DNA of 64,000 nucleotides from the NCBI RefSeq assembly GCF_001194135.2, contig NC_068991.1:35668038-35732037 (forward strand). Direction: 5' to 3'. The DNA comes from Octopus bimaculoides (Eukaryota). Shown piece by piece: positions 1 to 13,384 of this stretch; the stretch's first letter is position 1; the number at the start of each line of letters is the position of its first letter. The position numbers were made by a program, and so were the translations under genes. Below the pieces are notes generated by a model that made no database searches, had not been told where the DNA came from, and was given only the letters and a program-made list of their open reading frames with translations.

Positions 1-163
1 CAAAGAATAGATTTCGATAAAAAATTAAAAGGAAAAGAAAAGATACAAGGTTAGTGAAGTTCAAGACAGTACTATTAGTGGCGTAAATGAAAAGAAATGA
101 TTACTCTTAAGACCCGAGAGTGGATTGTGATCTCGTTTTTGCTTCTTGCACTATAGTGCTTAC

Positions 164-328
164 CACTTCAACTCCTGGTATTGAACAAAATTCCCTAAGT
201 CGACGTAAAAAAACGAAGTTCCAGTTGATTTGAATCCGCAGCCTTGTTTCGAGCGCTCGTTGTATTTCATTTGCACTGCAATTTCTCATGATAAAGCTAT
301 GAACATTAGATAATCTTACTTTCTGTCC
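164..328 (-). CDS. Internal coding exon (phase 0-0) of an unidentified host gene: GQKVRLSNVHSFIMRNCSANEIQRALETRLRIQINWNFVFLRRLREFCSIPGVEV
   Basis: Minus strand: acceptor ...caaattttag|GGA, donor GTG|gtaagc. 165 nt, open, and in frame with exon 2376-2520. Overlaps track ORF 107..289. Confidence 0.75.
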
Positions 329-1219
329 CTAAAATTTGTAACTTTATCGTAAAAATCTTTAACCGAGGAAGGTAATTCACTTTATGGATGCCTGTATATG
401 ATGAATCCAATGGGAGAAATTTGATGCTATACGCTGGACATCCTACAACATATTTTGTAATTAAAGTTCAATTCAAAGCAGAGCCTGTAAATTGGGAGCA
501 ACTGTCTATGGATGAATATTTCCAGATAATCTAGAACCTACTCCCAAGATCGAGGTGATGCCTTCTACCCAGAAACACAGACACACACCAGCAGTGGATT
601 TGAACTCGCATTTCATGAGGTGACAATCGTATTTAGAATTGTTGTTTCTACAGTTAAGATTGTGACTAAGAGAATTTCGCTTATTTTGATGTTGCAGGGT
701 TACAGCAGTGTTGAAAGTTAGTATAGTATTAAAATGCTGGGTATTCATATCCATTTTTAATGTACTGTTGTATAATGTATTCAACTAAAGCGTGATGAAC
801 AGTGCAGCACAAGGTAATGTAGTGTAATGTAGTATGGTGCAGTAGTTGGCAAGGTTCCAGTACTATCATACGTAATGTAAATGTTAGTTTAAAAGACAAA
901 GGAAATGACTACCTGTAGCGTTCATGCCTTTTCCAAGGCTATAATAACTGATATCACTGATGATGTCGAATTTTCTGTAAATCTATTCCTTACTTTATAA
1001 TGAAAGCCATCGTATTTCCATAATAACTGATTTGTCCCTTTCACACAAGTGAAGCTAAATGTATCACCCGTTTCTTGCTCCTAATACGTTCCGGTAGATT
1101 CAAATGAGCAATGAATCGAGTGTCTTGTTAATAAACATTCTCTGAAAGGAGGTTTTCAAAAACAAAATACAACGATTAGCGGACAAGCGTTCGATTATAC
1201 CGGAACACATTAATAATAA

Positions 1220-1272
1220 ATGTATGAATGTATGTATGTATGTATGTATGTATGTATGTATGTATGTATGCA
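1220..1272. repeat. (TATG)n microsatellite
   Basis: Direct reading. Confidence 0.95.
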
Positions 1273-1332
1273 TGAGTTCGCAAATTTATACATATAGTCG
1301 CAAACGCAAATATAAAATGTAGATATGTATAT

Positions 1333-1964
1333 ATACATGAAGTGATAACCAAAAGAAACCGGAATTTTGCAATATTGTTTTATTCACTTCGTTTCACATG
1401 TTTACACTTTATTTGCTTTCAAATTATTCTCAATTTGAAGAAATGCATCGGTCCAGGCGTATTTTCTACTATTTGAAGAAATACTGGAACTCTTACGAAG
1501 TAACGTCTTTAAACTGTTCCATGATCAGTCAACTGTTCCATGATCAGTTCATGAATTTACGTGATGTTTTCATTTACTCGGAAGGTCGACAATCGTCCTG
1601 AACGCGATTGGCCTTCAAGCGACAAGTCACCATTCCTAAATCGTGGAAACCACTCCCAAACATGTGCTTTGATCATGGCAGCGTCCTTGTGAGTTGTCTG
1701 AAGCATGACAACGGTTTCAGTCGCCGTTTTCCCCAGCAGAAAACAAAATTTCTTTCGGTTCAGCCATCGCAAAAAATCGATCAACAGAGGAGAAGCAGTA
1801 CAAAAGAAAGACTCACAACGTGACAGTATGACTCCACCCAACGATGCCCGTCGGATCCTGATGCTTGTGGGTCGCATCAAGTTGCGTTCAGCGACAAAGC
1901 CTGAATTACAGTGGGCTTGTTCCGCAGAGAACGTTTCTCATTACTTTCGAGTACCCTTTCGTAT
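1333..1964 (-). mobile_element. Internally deleted mariner (Tc1/mariner) DNA transposon
   Basis: Minus strand encodes a mariner N-terminal HTH segment (KFCFLLGKTATETVVMLQ...VWEWFPRFRNGDLSLEGQSRSGRLST...NENI) joined to a decayed C-terminus (EFQYFFK**KIRLDRCISSN*E*FESK). No DDD core. Degenerate inverted termini with TA ends at ~1333 and ~1964. Confidence 0.85.
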
Positions 1965-1986
1965 ACATATCTACATACATACATTG

Positions 1987-2041
<55 letters not shown>

Positions 2042-2057
2042 CATATACATATATATA
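1965..2057. repeat. Compound (TACA)n/(TA)n microsatellite
   Basis: Direct reading. Confidence 0.9.
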
Positions 2058-2375
2058 GTAAAATCGACAATGAAGTACAGTGAACTTGCCATGGGCAATG
2101 TGTGTGCATATGAGTGCTTATGCGCCTGGATGTATATCTTGCACGTGTATGTATGAGTATTAATGTCATTTTTTTTATACATACAGCTGCTCATTATTTT
2201 CTATTGCGTTATTGCTTCTATATCGTATTACCTCATATATTATCTCTGAGGACCTAAGTCTCTTGTCATCCTCAGACTGGGATATCTTCGATAGAATAAC
2301 CACTTACTATAATGAAGCACTTTCTAGTAGCGGTTTCAATTATAAATAAATATTTAAAGGATAAGATCCACTTAC

Positions 2376-2520
2376 CACAGGGTAGAGTAAATGCAGAAAG
2401 GCGGAAGTAAACTGGTTTAATCTATCACACATCCAAGAATTTCCTGCACGCATTGTCTGGAATTTTAGATCACGTTTTGTACCCACACATATACGCCATA
2501 ACCTCTTCAATTCACTTGTC
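2376..2520 (-). CDS. Internal coding exon (phase 2-0) of the same gene: TSELKRLWRICVGTKRDLKFQTMRAGNSWMCDRLNQFTSAFLHLLYPV
   Basis: Acceptor gatcttgttcttacag|G, donor GTG|gtaagt. 145 nt, open frame, phases match both neighbouring exons. Confidence 0.8.
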
Positions 2521-3681
2521 CTGTAAGAACAAGATCATTTTCTAAATATTACAGTTTCAATATAGCTTCAAATAATGTAAACACATGTATTTCCCAATCA
2601 GCTACCAACTTATCAGCCTATAATAACTGTCAAGAATCTGTCTTCATTTCAACTCAAAAGAAGTCGTATGCCAAACAACCACAAAAGTTCTGGATGGAGT
2701 TAAAAGGAACGTGTAACGTATAGTATATCCAACATCGAACACTTTCAAGAGTTACTTCTTTCGTTATCTTTAGTTATTTATGTCAAGGAATAGGGAAAAT
2801 TCCAACTTTCTCAAAATTCCTCTGGAACTGAAAGATCAGGAATAGCTATATCTCCCAATAACACAAGAAAATTTTCTTGAAACTACTCTATACCCCATTT
2901 GCCTAGTTGAAAAGTTCAAGATCGTGAATTAACCTGTGACATCTCCTTAACGGAGATCAATTTTATTGTCTACTTGCCGCCATCGCCGATGGTTCCTCTT
3001 AGACATGTTTCAAAATTTTTGTTTCCAAATGTTGCAATTAATAAAAATCGGTTTTAGCCAGTTCCTGCTGGCCAAGAGGGTAACCACCTCGAAAGAAGTT
3101 GTCTTCTTCGACACCGCCATAACGCAAGAAGAGTAGCTCCGCAATCTGCAACAAATTTGACCAGCTTTAAACAATAAGAATGGTGGCTCTTGTTTATAGA
3201 ACTCAGCAAGCAAATTGTTTGCTGATGTATATTTGTTGATATTTCCCAAACCAATAGTATATTATCATGTGCACTTTATAAATATCCTAATGGAATCATT
3301 CAAGTGTATCTGCTATATCATCTGAAAAATCACAAAAATATATCTTGTAAGTGTACGTGTATGACTCTTGACTTTTTTAATATATATATGTGTGTATGTA
3401 TGTATGTGTGTGTGTGTGTGTGTGTGTGCGTGCGCGCGCGCGAGTGCGTGTGAGTGTGTGCATGTGTGAATGTGTATACTGTGTGTGCGTTAGGACCCTA
3501 CATCTCTTCTTTCGGACGTGTCCACGACAGGTCTTGAACTAGAACTAGGAACGTATGAAGTACTTATATTGCTGTTCGTAGTTGTCCCCCTTGCAAGCTC
3601 AATTAGTGAATAATGTAATTGAGCAATGTACTGTTATTTCTAATGTTAACCACATCGCAAATAATCAAGTTCATATCTTAC

Positions 3682-3760
3682 ATACAGTAAGATTGACCAG
3701 GTCTTTGAGGATAAAAAACAAATTGCCAACTGTTTGTTTTCTTGTACAATGCACATATTT
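3682..3760 (-). CDS. Internal coding exon (phase 1-2) of the same gene: xICALYKKTNSWQFVFYPQRPGQSYC(M)
   Basis: Acceptor ttttacacactcag|AA, donor AT|gtaaga. 79 nt; the terminal AT plus the G of the next exon gives ATG and keeps the frame. Confidence 0.7.
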
Positions 3761-4949
3761 CTGAGTGTGTAAAAGATACTTTATTCAGTAGATAATGTGT
3801 TCACATATACAAGGGCAGAAACAAATAATTGCCTTCAAATTAATCCTTTCATTTGTCCCATGATTCCATTGAGCTGGAAGTATCTACTGCTGGTTTCTAC
3901 AGTATTAGGTTAAGACGGAATATTTCTGGATAGGTGATCAATTTGTTGCTGGTATTTTCCACCGAAGTTCTTCATATACTTTTAAATTAAGGCAAGAAAA
4001 GAATGTCCAAATCTGATATAAGCGAAGTGCATGTAGGATCCTGACATCATGTTAATTAGGTTCCGATCGATGGATGACAATACTACTTAATGTTCCAGGA
4101 AGTAGTTATTTTTTCCAGTGGAAGAATTGCTTGATGCGGTATTTACCAACCATTTGTAAAACTGATGTTTATATTTTTATATTGATGAAAATCCAACGTA
4201 ATGTTATAGTGTTATGCAGTGATGCGAATATTCTTTAAAGGTAGATGAAACGGATGAAGAAAAAAGGGACAAGTGAGGGGAAAAGAATCATACTTAAATG
4301 TAGAATAAATATTAGGTTAAAGAAAGAGTGACACACTAACATATTTATATGGGAAATATACTGAAAAAGGATATAATGAAGAGAAGAGCAAACTCACATA
4401 GGTGATATGGAATGAAAAAGCATACACAAATATAAAGTGTCTTGTATAGAGAAAGGGTAAGAAGAAAGAAAACCAAAAAGAGATGCTTATACATTTAATT
4501 AGATGCAATGAAGTGGAGTAAAAATAGAAAGGACAAGTCATACATATTGAGAGATCAAATAAGAAAGAAATGGAAACGGAACAAAAATGAAAACAATAAC
4601 GAAAGAATAAGTGAATGAATGAAATACAATACAAAAACAAACAAACAAGAAGAAAGGTTGCAGTTTTTATGAACAGAGAAAGTGAGGCTGTGCCACTTCT
4701 CTCACAACTAGTAAAGATAGCTGTAGACAACACCTAGGGAATGTATGAATACATGGAGAGATGTATATCAACAAAAAGATAATATACATGTACAGATTGG
4801 AGAGCGTACCTGCCAGGGGAGGGAATCATCTATAAGCATAAATAGGTTGTTATAGAAAGAAATATATGTAGACCCGGTTGCTGTTTACATAAAAAGTGGA
4901 TAAATATACATAAACATAAATTAATCCATAAAGTCAGAGAAGTGTGTGA

Positions 4950-5165
4950 TAAGAAACTGAGAGAAAGAGAGTGGGTGACGGAGAGGGAGAAAGAAAAGAG
5001 GGGGAGAAAGAAGAGAAGGGAAGAAAGAAGAGAAGGGAAAAAGAAGAGAGGCAGAGAAAAAAGAAAAGGGGAGAAAGAAGAAAGGCAAGAAAGAGAGAGG
5101 CGAAGTGTGAAAGGGGAAGTGAGAGAGAGAGAGGAAATGAAAGAGGAAGTGAGAGAGAGAGGAAG
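4950..5165. repeat. GA-rich polypurine low-complexity tract
   Basis: Almost only G/A on the + strand; explains the overlapping K/R/E- and S/L/F-rich ORFs in the track. Confidence 0.9.
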
Positions 5166-5538
5166 AGCGCGCATGCACGTGCGCGCACGCAAGAGAGAGA
5201 TCCATGTATATAGAAAGGTACGCTTGGTCGTTCGGACAAACGTCATAGTAAGTATTGAGCTAAACAGTGAAAAACATCGTTAAGTAGACAAACAAGGTAA
5301 TGATTTCATCACGATTTTTAATACTTCACTCATTAAATATTTTAACATTAACTTAACTATTGCTGCCTCCTTGATAGTGCTTGAGCTGTTTAATATCTGA
5401 ACGATTCTCTTTTCTTACGACAATGATGGTACGAATTTAGTAATTCATTCTTCACTTCTACCAGTAGGGTGAAGCTATACTTCACAGAAGAGCTCAGAAT
5501 TAATTCAAAGTATATCATGAGTTGCCTCCGCTTACTTA

Positions 5539-5602
<64 letters not shown>

Positions 5603-7185
5603 GTATATATAGATATAGGGCAGAGAATTGCCAATTAGTTAATAAAATTAATAATTANNNNNNNNNNNNNNNNNNNNNNNNNNNNNNNNNNNNNNNNNNN
5701 NNNNNNNNNNNNNNNNNNNNNNNNNNNNNNNNNNNNNNNNNNNNNNNNNNNNNNNNNNNNNNNNNNNNNNNNNNNNNNNNNNNNNNNNNNNNNNNNNNNN
5801 NNNNNNNNNNNNNNNNNNNNNNNNNNNNNNNNNNNNNNNNNNNNNNNNNNNNNNNNNNNNNNNNNNNNNNNNNNNNNNNNNNNNNNNNNNNNNNNNNNNN
5901 NNNNNNNNNNNNNNNNNNNNNNNNNNNNNNNNNNNNNNNNNNNNNNNNNNNNNNNNNNNNNCATGATATACACAATAAATCCGAAAATGCTAAATTCACC
6001 CATGTATATGTGACCATGCGACATCACTTATCACATGAGAAGAAGAAATCAGCATCAACGAATTTACCGACCAGTAAGTTCCGTATCCCTCCTCAAAATT
6101 GACCCATGTGCGCCACAAATAGTCCCGCAGAAATACTGCAGTTTAACCATCCAAGGGAAGATCATCAATATATAGATATAGGGCAGAGAATTGCCAATTA
6201 GTTAATAAAATTAATAATTAACAATTTTGCCAAGTAGTTCAGTATGCAAAAAACCTTTATCGGTAAAACTATTTATAATTATAAACATATAGGGATCAGC
6301 ATGAGTTGCCTCACCAACATAATTATATATATGTATATATATATACACACGTGTGTGTGCGTGTGTATTTGTGTGTGTATACATATATGTTTATATATGA
6401 AATTCAACTAATGGCCTTCGCGCGTGTGGTGTATCTAAGAAAGTAACTTCGATGATTTATTTTCTATAAATAGAAAGATGTATTTGATTATACATTTTTA
6501 GAGTGTTTTTGAATGTTTATGCATATTTACTCATGTGTGAATAGTCTTGTTTGTGAGCGTGAGTGTGCGTATGTGTGTTGTATCCATGAGCATAGACTGA
6601 CCATGACATCGGAGAATAGCAGACCTAAACCACAAGAAAACTACAAATGGTCATCAGATTGAGACGAATGTAATCATTTGGCGTAATTACTAAAAAAGCT
6701 GTAACTCAGCAAAAGACTGTAAGGATAACGAAATTAAATGGAGGATACGGAACGGTAGCTAATATCGATATGACATTAAAGTTTGTTGAAAAATCAATCT
6801 TATTTACTGACAACTTTTTACATGATACACAACACTTAGCCGGGAACATTAAGGGCAATATGCCTATATAAATAATACTGCGAAAGAGTAATATATAAAA
6901 ACAATAAATGCATTTATAGACACACATATGCCTACACATTTAAATACATACATAGGTGTATATATATATATAGATACACATAGATACGCAAAAATACATA
7001 CATTCATTCCTACATGCATATATAGATATATACATACAAAGAAAATCGAGCTATTTGGTCTCCAAATATTTGAGAAATCATTGAAAATGATCAAAATCAT
7101 TCAAATGAAGATAAATTGCGAGGAAATGAGACCAAGAGAGCGGAACATAACAGAAGAGATTACCAAGTATCTGTTATATTACGTT

Positions 7186-7282
<97 letters not shown>

Positions 7283-7290
7283 ACACACGC
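7186..7290. repeat. (CA)n microsatellite at the 3' tail of the RTE element
   Basis: Direct reading. Confidence 0.95.
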
Positions 7291-7319
7291 ACGCAAACAT
7301 TCATGCATACATACATGCA

Positions 7320-8310
7320 TGGTGATTGTCTACTCCTTTTGCAGAGTTTGACCACCTCCTGTACCCACACCTTAGAACCATCATGGCATCTGATGTAGCT
7401 TTTTAAACCAGACAATGTTCTGAAAAGACACCCACATAGATTGCACGATCGATTTGGGCCACCAAGAGCTGCGGATAAGTTCTGATCTTTGTGGATCTTA
7501 AAATGTCTTTTAAGGCCTCCGCTAGATTTGCAAACCTTCTGGCATACACTGTATTCAAAGGTGTGCACAGACATATAATCAGAATAGTTGGTGAAGGTTC
7601 GTTTTCTATGGGTTCGCAGATGAGATTTGAGCCCAGCAAAAGAAAGGCATTGTCTATCACAAACTGTGCACACAAAAAGGTCATTGTGATTCACCTTCTC
7701 GATCGTAACATTCTTCCTTAAATCTCTCTTGAGTCTTGCATACGTAATTCAGGCCTCTTCAAACGCTTTCATCCACTCCACACTTTTGTTCGCCATCCAG
7801 CTCGATCCGAAGCAAGGGTTTCTATGTCCTTTGGATCCATTCCAAGTGACATCATAGTAGTCCTTACGCCGTCCTTAACCTCTTTTTAGGTTTACACCGA
7901 TAGCGTGTCCCCTCTGCTAGCTCACCATAAAACAGCTGTTTGGGCATGCGGTTATCCGCCATTCGAACAATATGGCTACACCATCTCATTTCGTTTCTCA
8001 AAATCATAGCTTTAATTGAGGTGATGCCTGCAGATGCAAGGACAACTGTATTTGGAGTAAAAGAACTCCATTTAAAGTTTAAAATGCGATGAAGGCATTT
8101 TTGGTGGAATTGTTCTAACAATTTAAAATGCCTTTCATAACAAGTCCATGTTTCACAGGAATACAACAGGGATGGTATGACAAATGATTTGTAAAGAGCC
8201 AGCTTTGTATTGTTATTTAAATGTCGCTGGCACCAAACGCCTGACTCCAAGCCAGCAAATGGTTTTGCTGCCGTTTGAATTCGCACCTGTATTTCTGTAT
8301 CAAGATTTCC
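7320..8310 (-). mobile_element. 5'-truncated RTE-clade LINE: post-RT C-terminal region plus three C2H2 zinc fingers
   Basis: EIQVRIQTAAKPF...TKLALYKSFVIPSLLYSCETWT...LEQFHQKCLHRIL...RWCSHIVRMADNRMPKQLFYGEL is a typical RTE ORF2 tail. It continues through ETLASDRAGWRTKVW to CxxC-x12-HxxxH motifs at 7383-7670 and ends at a microsatellite. Disabled by frameshifts and stops. Confidence 0.9.
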
Positions 8311-8939
8311 ACACATATATATACATATATACAAATATAGATACTCATATACATATATATATANNNNNNNNNNNNNNNNNNNNNNNNNNNNNNNNNNNNN
8401 NNNNNNNNNNNNNNNNNNNNNNNNNNNNNNNNNNNNNNNNNNNNNNNNNNNNNNNNNNNNNNNNNNNNNNNNNNNNNNNNNNNNNNNNNNNNNNNNNNNN
8501 NNNNTATATATATATATATATATGCATATACATCTATAAATATAGACATACAAGGATATATATATTCATATAGACATACATACATTCACATCCAACCATA
8601 TATACACATATTTGTAAATGTACGTACATATCTTCTATTTTCGATCCTATACTTGCTTCTTTCTTTAGATTCCGGTCATGATGGAGCACCTCCTTGAAGT
8701 GTTTACTTGAAGAAATTCCTATCACTGACAAATTTAAATGAACGTTTTTCCCTCTAATCCTATACCAACTCTTAATTTAGTAATCTCTTACTTACATTTC
8801 AACTTCTCTCTCATCTTAATTTTTCCTTACATCTCATAAAACTCCTCCTCTTCATTTCATTTCTCTTTTTTTTTCTACGTGTCTCACTAAGCTACATTTT
8901 CCTATTACTTCCTGTCTACTAATGAAGCTAGTCTTCCGT

Positions 8940-11495
8940 TCATCATCACTTGCGCCCAGGATGTAAAACTTTGCTGTCTTTCTTTAACACCCTTGTCAAC
9001 TTTTTCCTGGAGATGGACGCTGTTCAAGACGTCGGATTTTTTTATTCCCCACGGCTATATCACTGTACTATTTCCGTTAATTTCTCTGGACCGCCTTCTC
9101 CCTGGACCGCCTTCTCCCACTCGCTTATTCCATCCATTTCTCCCTACGTTTCATACTCCCTTTTAAACCATATTTTCCACGATTTTCTCGCTCGCACTAA
9201 ACAACATAAACTCCACTCACTCTTTCATTCTGTCCCACCCGATTCCACTACACCTACCCCTCCCCCTTTTCCGATCCACTCCCCCCTTATCCTCTCTCCC
9301 ACACTCCCATTACTCCAGCTCCTACACACTTCCTCCTCTCTCTCCTCCCAGCCTTCGACTACCTCCACCACCTCTCCACATCCAACTCATCAACATCTCC
9401 CCACTCAGTCTGTTGTTACCGTTCCTTCTGATCTTCCCCTCTCTGAGGCGGTGTGCTCTCTTCTCAGTAAAAGTCTGTGCTTCATCCCCCCATTCCATCC
9501 CGTAACGAGTTTCAGACCCATGCTTATATTCATAGCTTTGTGCGCCGCGTCAGGCTATATGCCCTATTCCAAAACACTCCACCTGCATCTAATGAAGAGG
9601 ATTGCTTCACCGACCTGGGCCACCGACCATCTCACTGGATGCCAGCTCCTGGCTAATTCCAAGCAGTTGATCATTTTGCAAGCATCTGCCAACGTGTTGT
9701 GGATCAGTTCAACTTTTGCAAGCGTCCCCGACATTTCAACATCTCCCCAGCCGAACTCTCGGCATTTCGATGTCTCCAACGCCGCAAAGATAGCATCATA
9801 AAACCGGCCGACAAGGGAGGAGCCGTTGTGGTGTGACGCGCAGACCTTTACAAGGCTGAAGCTCTCCGCCAACTTTAAGACACCTCCTTCTATTGCCCTC
9901 CACGCCTAACTACCAATAGACCGTGTCCTCCACTATCCATGACCTCATTTCCTCCTCCCGTGTTCCTCCCACCGACTCCAATCTCATTGTCCGCATTCCA
10001 CGCACCCCTACCATTTACTTCCTTCTCAAAATTCTCGAGTCCAAGAGCCCTGGCTGCCCCATCGTCTTTGCCTGCAATTGCCCCACGGAATCGATCTCTA
10101 AATACCTCGACTGTGTCCTTGTCCCCCTAGTGCCTTCCCTCCCTACCAGCATCTACGACACTAACAATGTTGTCCGTCTCTTTAACTCTTTCTCCTTCCT
10201 TTCTGCCCCTCTAAACTTCTCTTCACTATTGATATCAAGAGCTTATATACAGTGAACCCACACAACGAAGGACTGCTTGCGCTGAAACACTGTCTGGACC
10301 TTCGACCTGACGCCCAACCTGACACCTCCACACTTCTTCGTCTGGCCGAACTTATTCTCTCTCTCAAGCGCTTCTCGTTCGCGAGGAATTTTTACCAACA
10401 GATCTCTCAGGAGTGGCCATGGGAACGAAAATGGACCCCAACTATGCGAAGGCTCAAATAGTCTCACAATTCACTGGTTCCATTCCCGAACTATACGGTC
10501 GTTATATCGATGACTGTATCGGTGCGACCTCACTTTTTAGCGAACAACTAGACTCCTTCCTCTCTTTTGTCCAATCCTTCCATCCTGCTCTCGAATTCTC
10601 CTGCACTATTTCTAACTCTTCCATCGAATTTCTCGACATTTCTGTCAGCATACAACACTCCACTCTTTATACCTCTATCCACTACAAACACACTGACTCA
10701 CACTCCTACCTTAACTTCTCCTCCTACAACCCTACCCACACTAAGCTTTCCATCCCCAACCCGCCCCGACGTTGCCCGTCTCTCGTTTTCCCTCACCTAC
10801 CACCCCACTATCCTGCCCCTCCAACGCACCATTCTCTGAACCTTCCAGAGGTCCATAACCTACGTGACCTCCTGGTCCTCAGTTTCTCCCCTAATCCCAC
10901 CTCCCACGCTATCGTACCTGCCCCTACCTCCCCAACAACACCATCCTCACAGGCACCCATCATCTTCCCAATCGCATCACCAATTCCTTTATCTGCACTT
11001 CTAGTAACGTCATTTACTGCATCTTCTGTTCTTTCTGCCCTTCTCTGTACATCGGTCAAACCGGTTCGTGGAGCACCTCCGCGATATCAGACTCGGAAAT
11101 GACACCCCGGCCTCGCGCCATTTCCGCTCTACTGGTCATTCATTACAACATCTGTCTGTGTTCGGACTGTCTTTGCAGAGGGGACCATCCGGACTCCCAC
11201 CATCGCCGTGAACAAGAATTAATCCTTTCTCTCTTCGCGCTTTTGCACCACATGGGCTCAACTCCCTTCCTCTCTTCATCTTACACCTACCTCTTCTCTT
11301 CACTCCTATCTACCTCCTCTCTTCATTGATATCAACATCAAATACCTCTGTTTATTTTCTCTTATATTTTTCTGTTGAAGAGTGTAGGCTCGAAACATAA
11401 AAGACTTTTTCATTTTCCCGAGCGTCAAACTAATACACCTGCTTGTTGTTCATACACCTGTCTTCGTCTTCTGTTTTTCTATAAATTTCAACTAT
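8940..11495 (+). mobile_element. Decayed near-full-length Penelope-like element (RT + GIY-YIG + 3' pLTR)
   Basis: Fragments across frameshifts: KPADKGGAVVV; PRTPTIYFLLKI...PGCPIVFACNCPTESISKYLD; GVAMGTKMDPNYA; YGRYIDD; IEFLDISV...YKHTDSHSYL; NLRDLLV; CTSSNVIYCIFCSFCPSLYIGQTG (GIY-YIG). A pLTR follows at ~11340-11495. Confidence 0.9.
11367..11405 (+). ncRNA. Hammerhead-like motif (type I, A6->U variant) in a Penelope pLTR
   Basis: ttttt-CTGTTGAA-GAGT gtag GCTC-GAAAC ata-aaaga. Confidence 0.5.
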
Positions 11496-13317
11496 ATANN
11501 NNNNNNNNNNNNNNNNNNNNNNNNNNNNNNNNNNNNNNNNNNNNNNNNNNNNNNNNNNNNNNNNNNNNNNNNNNNNNNNNNNNNNNNNNNNNNNNNNNNN
11601 NNNNNNNNNNNNNNNNNNNNNNNNNNNNNNNNNNNNNNNNNNNNNNNNNNNNNNNNNNNNNNNNNNNNNNNNNNNNNNNNNNNNNNNNNNNNNNNNNNNN
11701 NNNNNNNNNNNNNNNNNNNNNNNNNNNNNNNNNNNNNNNNNNNNNNNNNNNNNNNNNNNNNNNNNNNNNNNNNNNNNNNNNNNNNNNNNNNNNNNNNNNN
11801 NNNNNNNNNNNNNNNNNNNNNNNNNNNNNNNNNNNNNNNNNNNNNNNNNNNNNNNNNNNNNNNNNNNNNNNNNNNNNNNNNNNNNNNNNNNNNNNNNNNN
11901 NNNNNNNNNNNNNNNNNNNNNNNNNNNNNNNNNNNNNNNNNNNNNNNNNNNNNNNNNNNNNNNNNNNNNTATATATATACATACATACATACATACATAC
12001 ATACATACATACATACACACACATATACATGTTTTCATGTCAGTGTGCATGTGTATGAGTATGTGTGTAGACAGTATATATAAGGAACTTCATCGTTATT
12101 TAAATTCCACATTTCACAACCTACAGAATATTTGTACTAAGTTTCAAATGCCATGGAAAACAGAAAATACATTTATTCTTTCATTACTTCACATTGCAAT
12201 TTATATTCCTCAAATATCGTGTTTTATACTCTATAATCCGAAATGATAATTTTTTATAATGATTGAACATATTTTCCATTTTATAAGAATGAGCATTCTG
12301 ATTCATAAGACACAGTACCTGAATATTTTTGAAGCACAAGCAAATTTACATATGAAACAATGGAAGAATGAACTATTTTCAATCTTCTGTAGTATTTGAA
12401 ACCTCGTACTAATTAATGGGAAATTTCGATTAGATATTTATATCTTTGTCAGCTTCTGCACAATATTCAACTTCATTTCAGGATCTCTGAACGATTGTTA
12501 GATATGTCTGCGTAACATACTTCATAGCTGGCCAGAGAAGATGCGTCTTGGAAGATGCTACGGTGTAGAACAGTATCTTGGGAAATGCTGTAGATTTGCA
12601 TTCCCCAAACATGATGAAGAGCCTCCTTGCTATTAGCCTGTTTCGATTTACCATTTAATTCATAGTAACGTTGTCATAATAAACCGATATGTTGTATCAA
12701 TTCCGAAACTAAAAGAACCCATACCTAAAGTTTACTTCTATCATGTGAAACCAAAATACAATACTTATTGAAAATACTGTTCAGTCTATGGCAGACAAGG
12801 ACCTTGAAGAATGTAGACGACGAGCTCCGGTACTTCAGCCGCAGCTCTCAGTAGAGAGATTTTGAATAAAGACTGAAGAAGAAAGCACTACTACTACACT
12901 ACTACTCAAGATTCTTTATGTTTCTTTATTTGACTTTATTTGACTCATTCATGTTTACTCAAAAAGAGAACTCGAACCTGGGATTAGATAAAAACGCTCT
13001 GCCTACATATCTCTTTAAGAACGCGCAAGTGTGCTTTTTGTTATCTCATCTAACCACATGAATATTAGATATATTTCTTCCAACCGTGCTCGAGTGCTGA
13101 ACTGGAATTCACTAGCAACAATTAAGCTCTCTATAGGGGTTGGGTGGGGTTGGATAGGGTCAAGCTGTCTGATAACAAAATAGCTCATCTTGATAAGCCG
13201 CTTACATGTGAATTAACTGTAAAACTGAATAAGTTACAACTTAACGAATAATGTTATAATATTTTAATATACAGTGTATAGCATATATTTCAGACTGAAA
13301 CATCTCAACAGTACATA

Positions 13318-13318
13318 T

Positions 13319-13381
<63 letters not shown>
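13318..13381. repeat. (CA)n microsatellite
   Basis: Direct reading. Confidence 0.95.

Positions 13382-13384
<3 letters not shown>

Noticed and set aside
908-1143. Minus-strand exon-like segment with an Ig-like look (GDTFSFTC...LLWKYDG)
   Set aside because: In-frame stops occur in every frame between the apparent splice sites, and the flanking exons join in frame without it.
3010-3254. Two overlapping minus-strand ORFs within an intron
   Set aside because: No open phase 2-2 exon could be built, and no domain was recognised.
5606-6220. ~52-bp duplication (atatagatatagggcagagaattgcc...) at ~5606-5657 and ~6169-6220
   Set aside because: The first copy ends exactly at a scaffold gap; most likely an assembly overlap artefact.
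12778-12965. Possible solo LTR (TG start, AATAAA)
   Set aside because: No second copy, TSD or PBS was identified.
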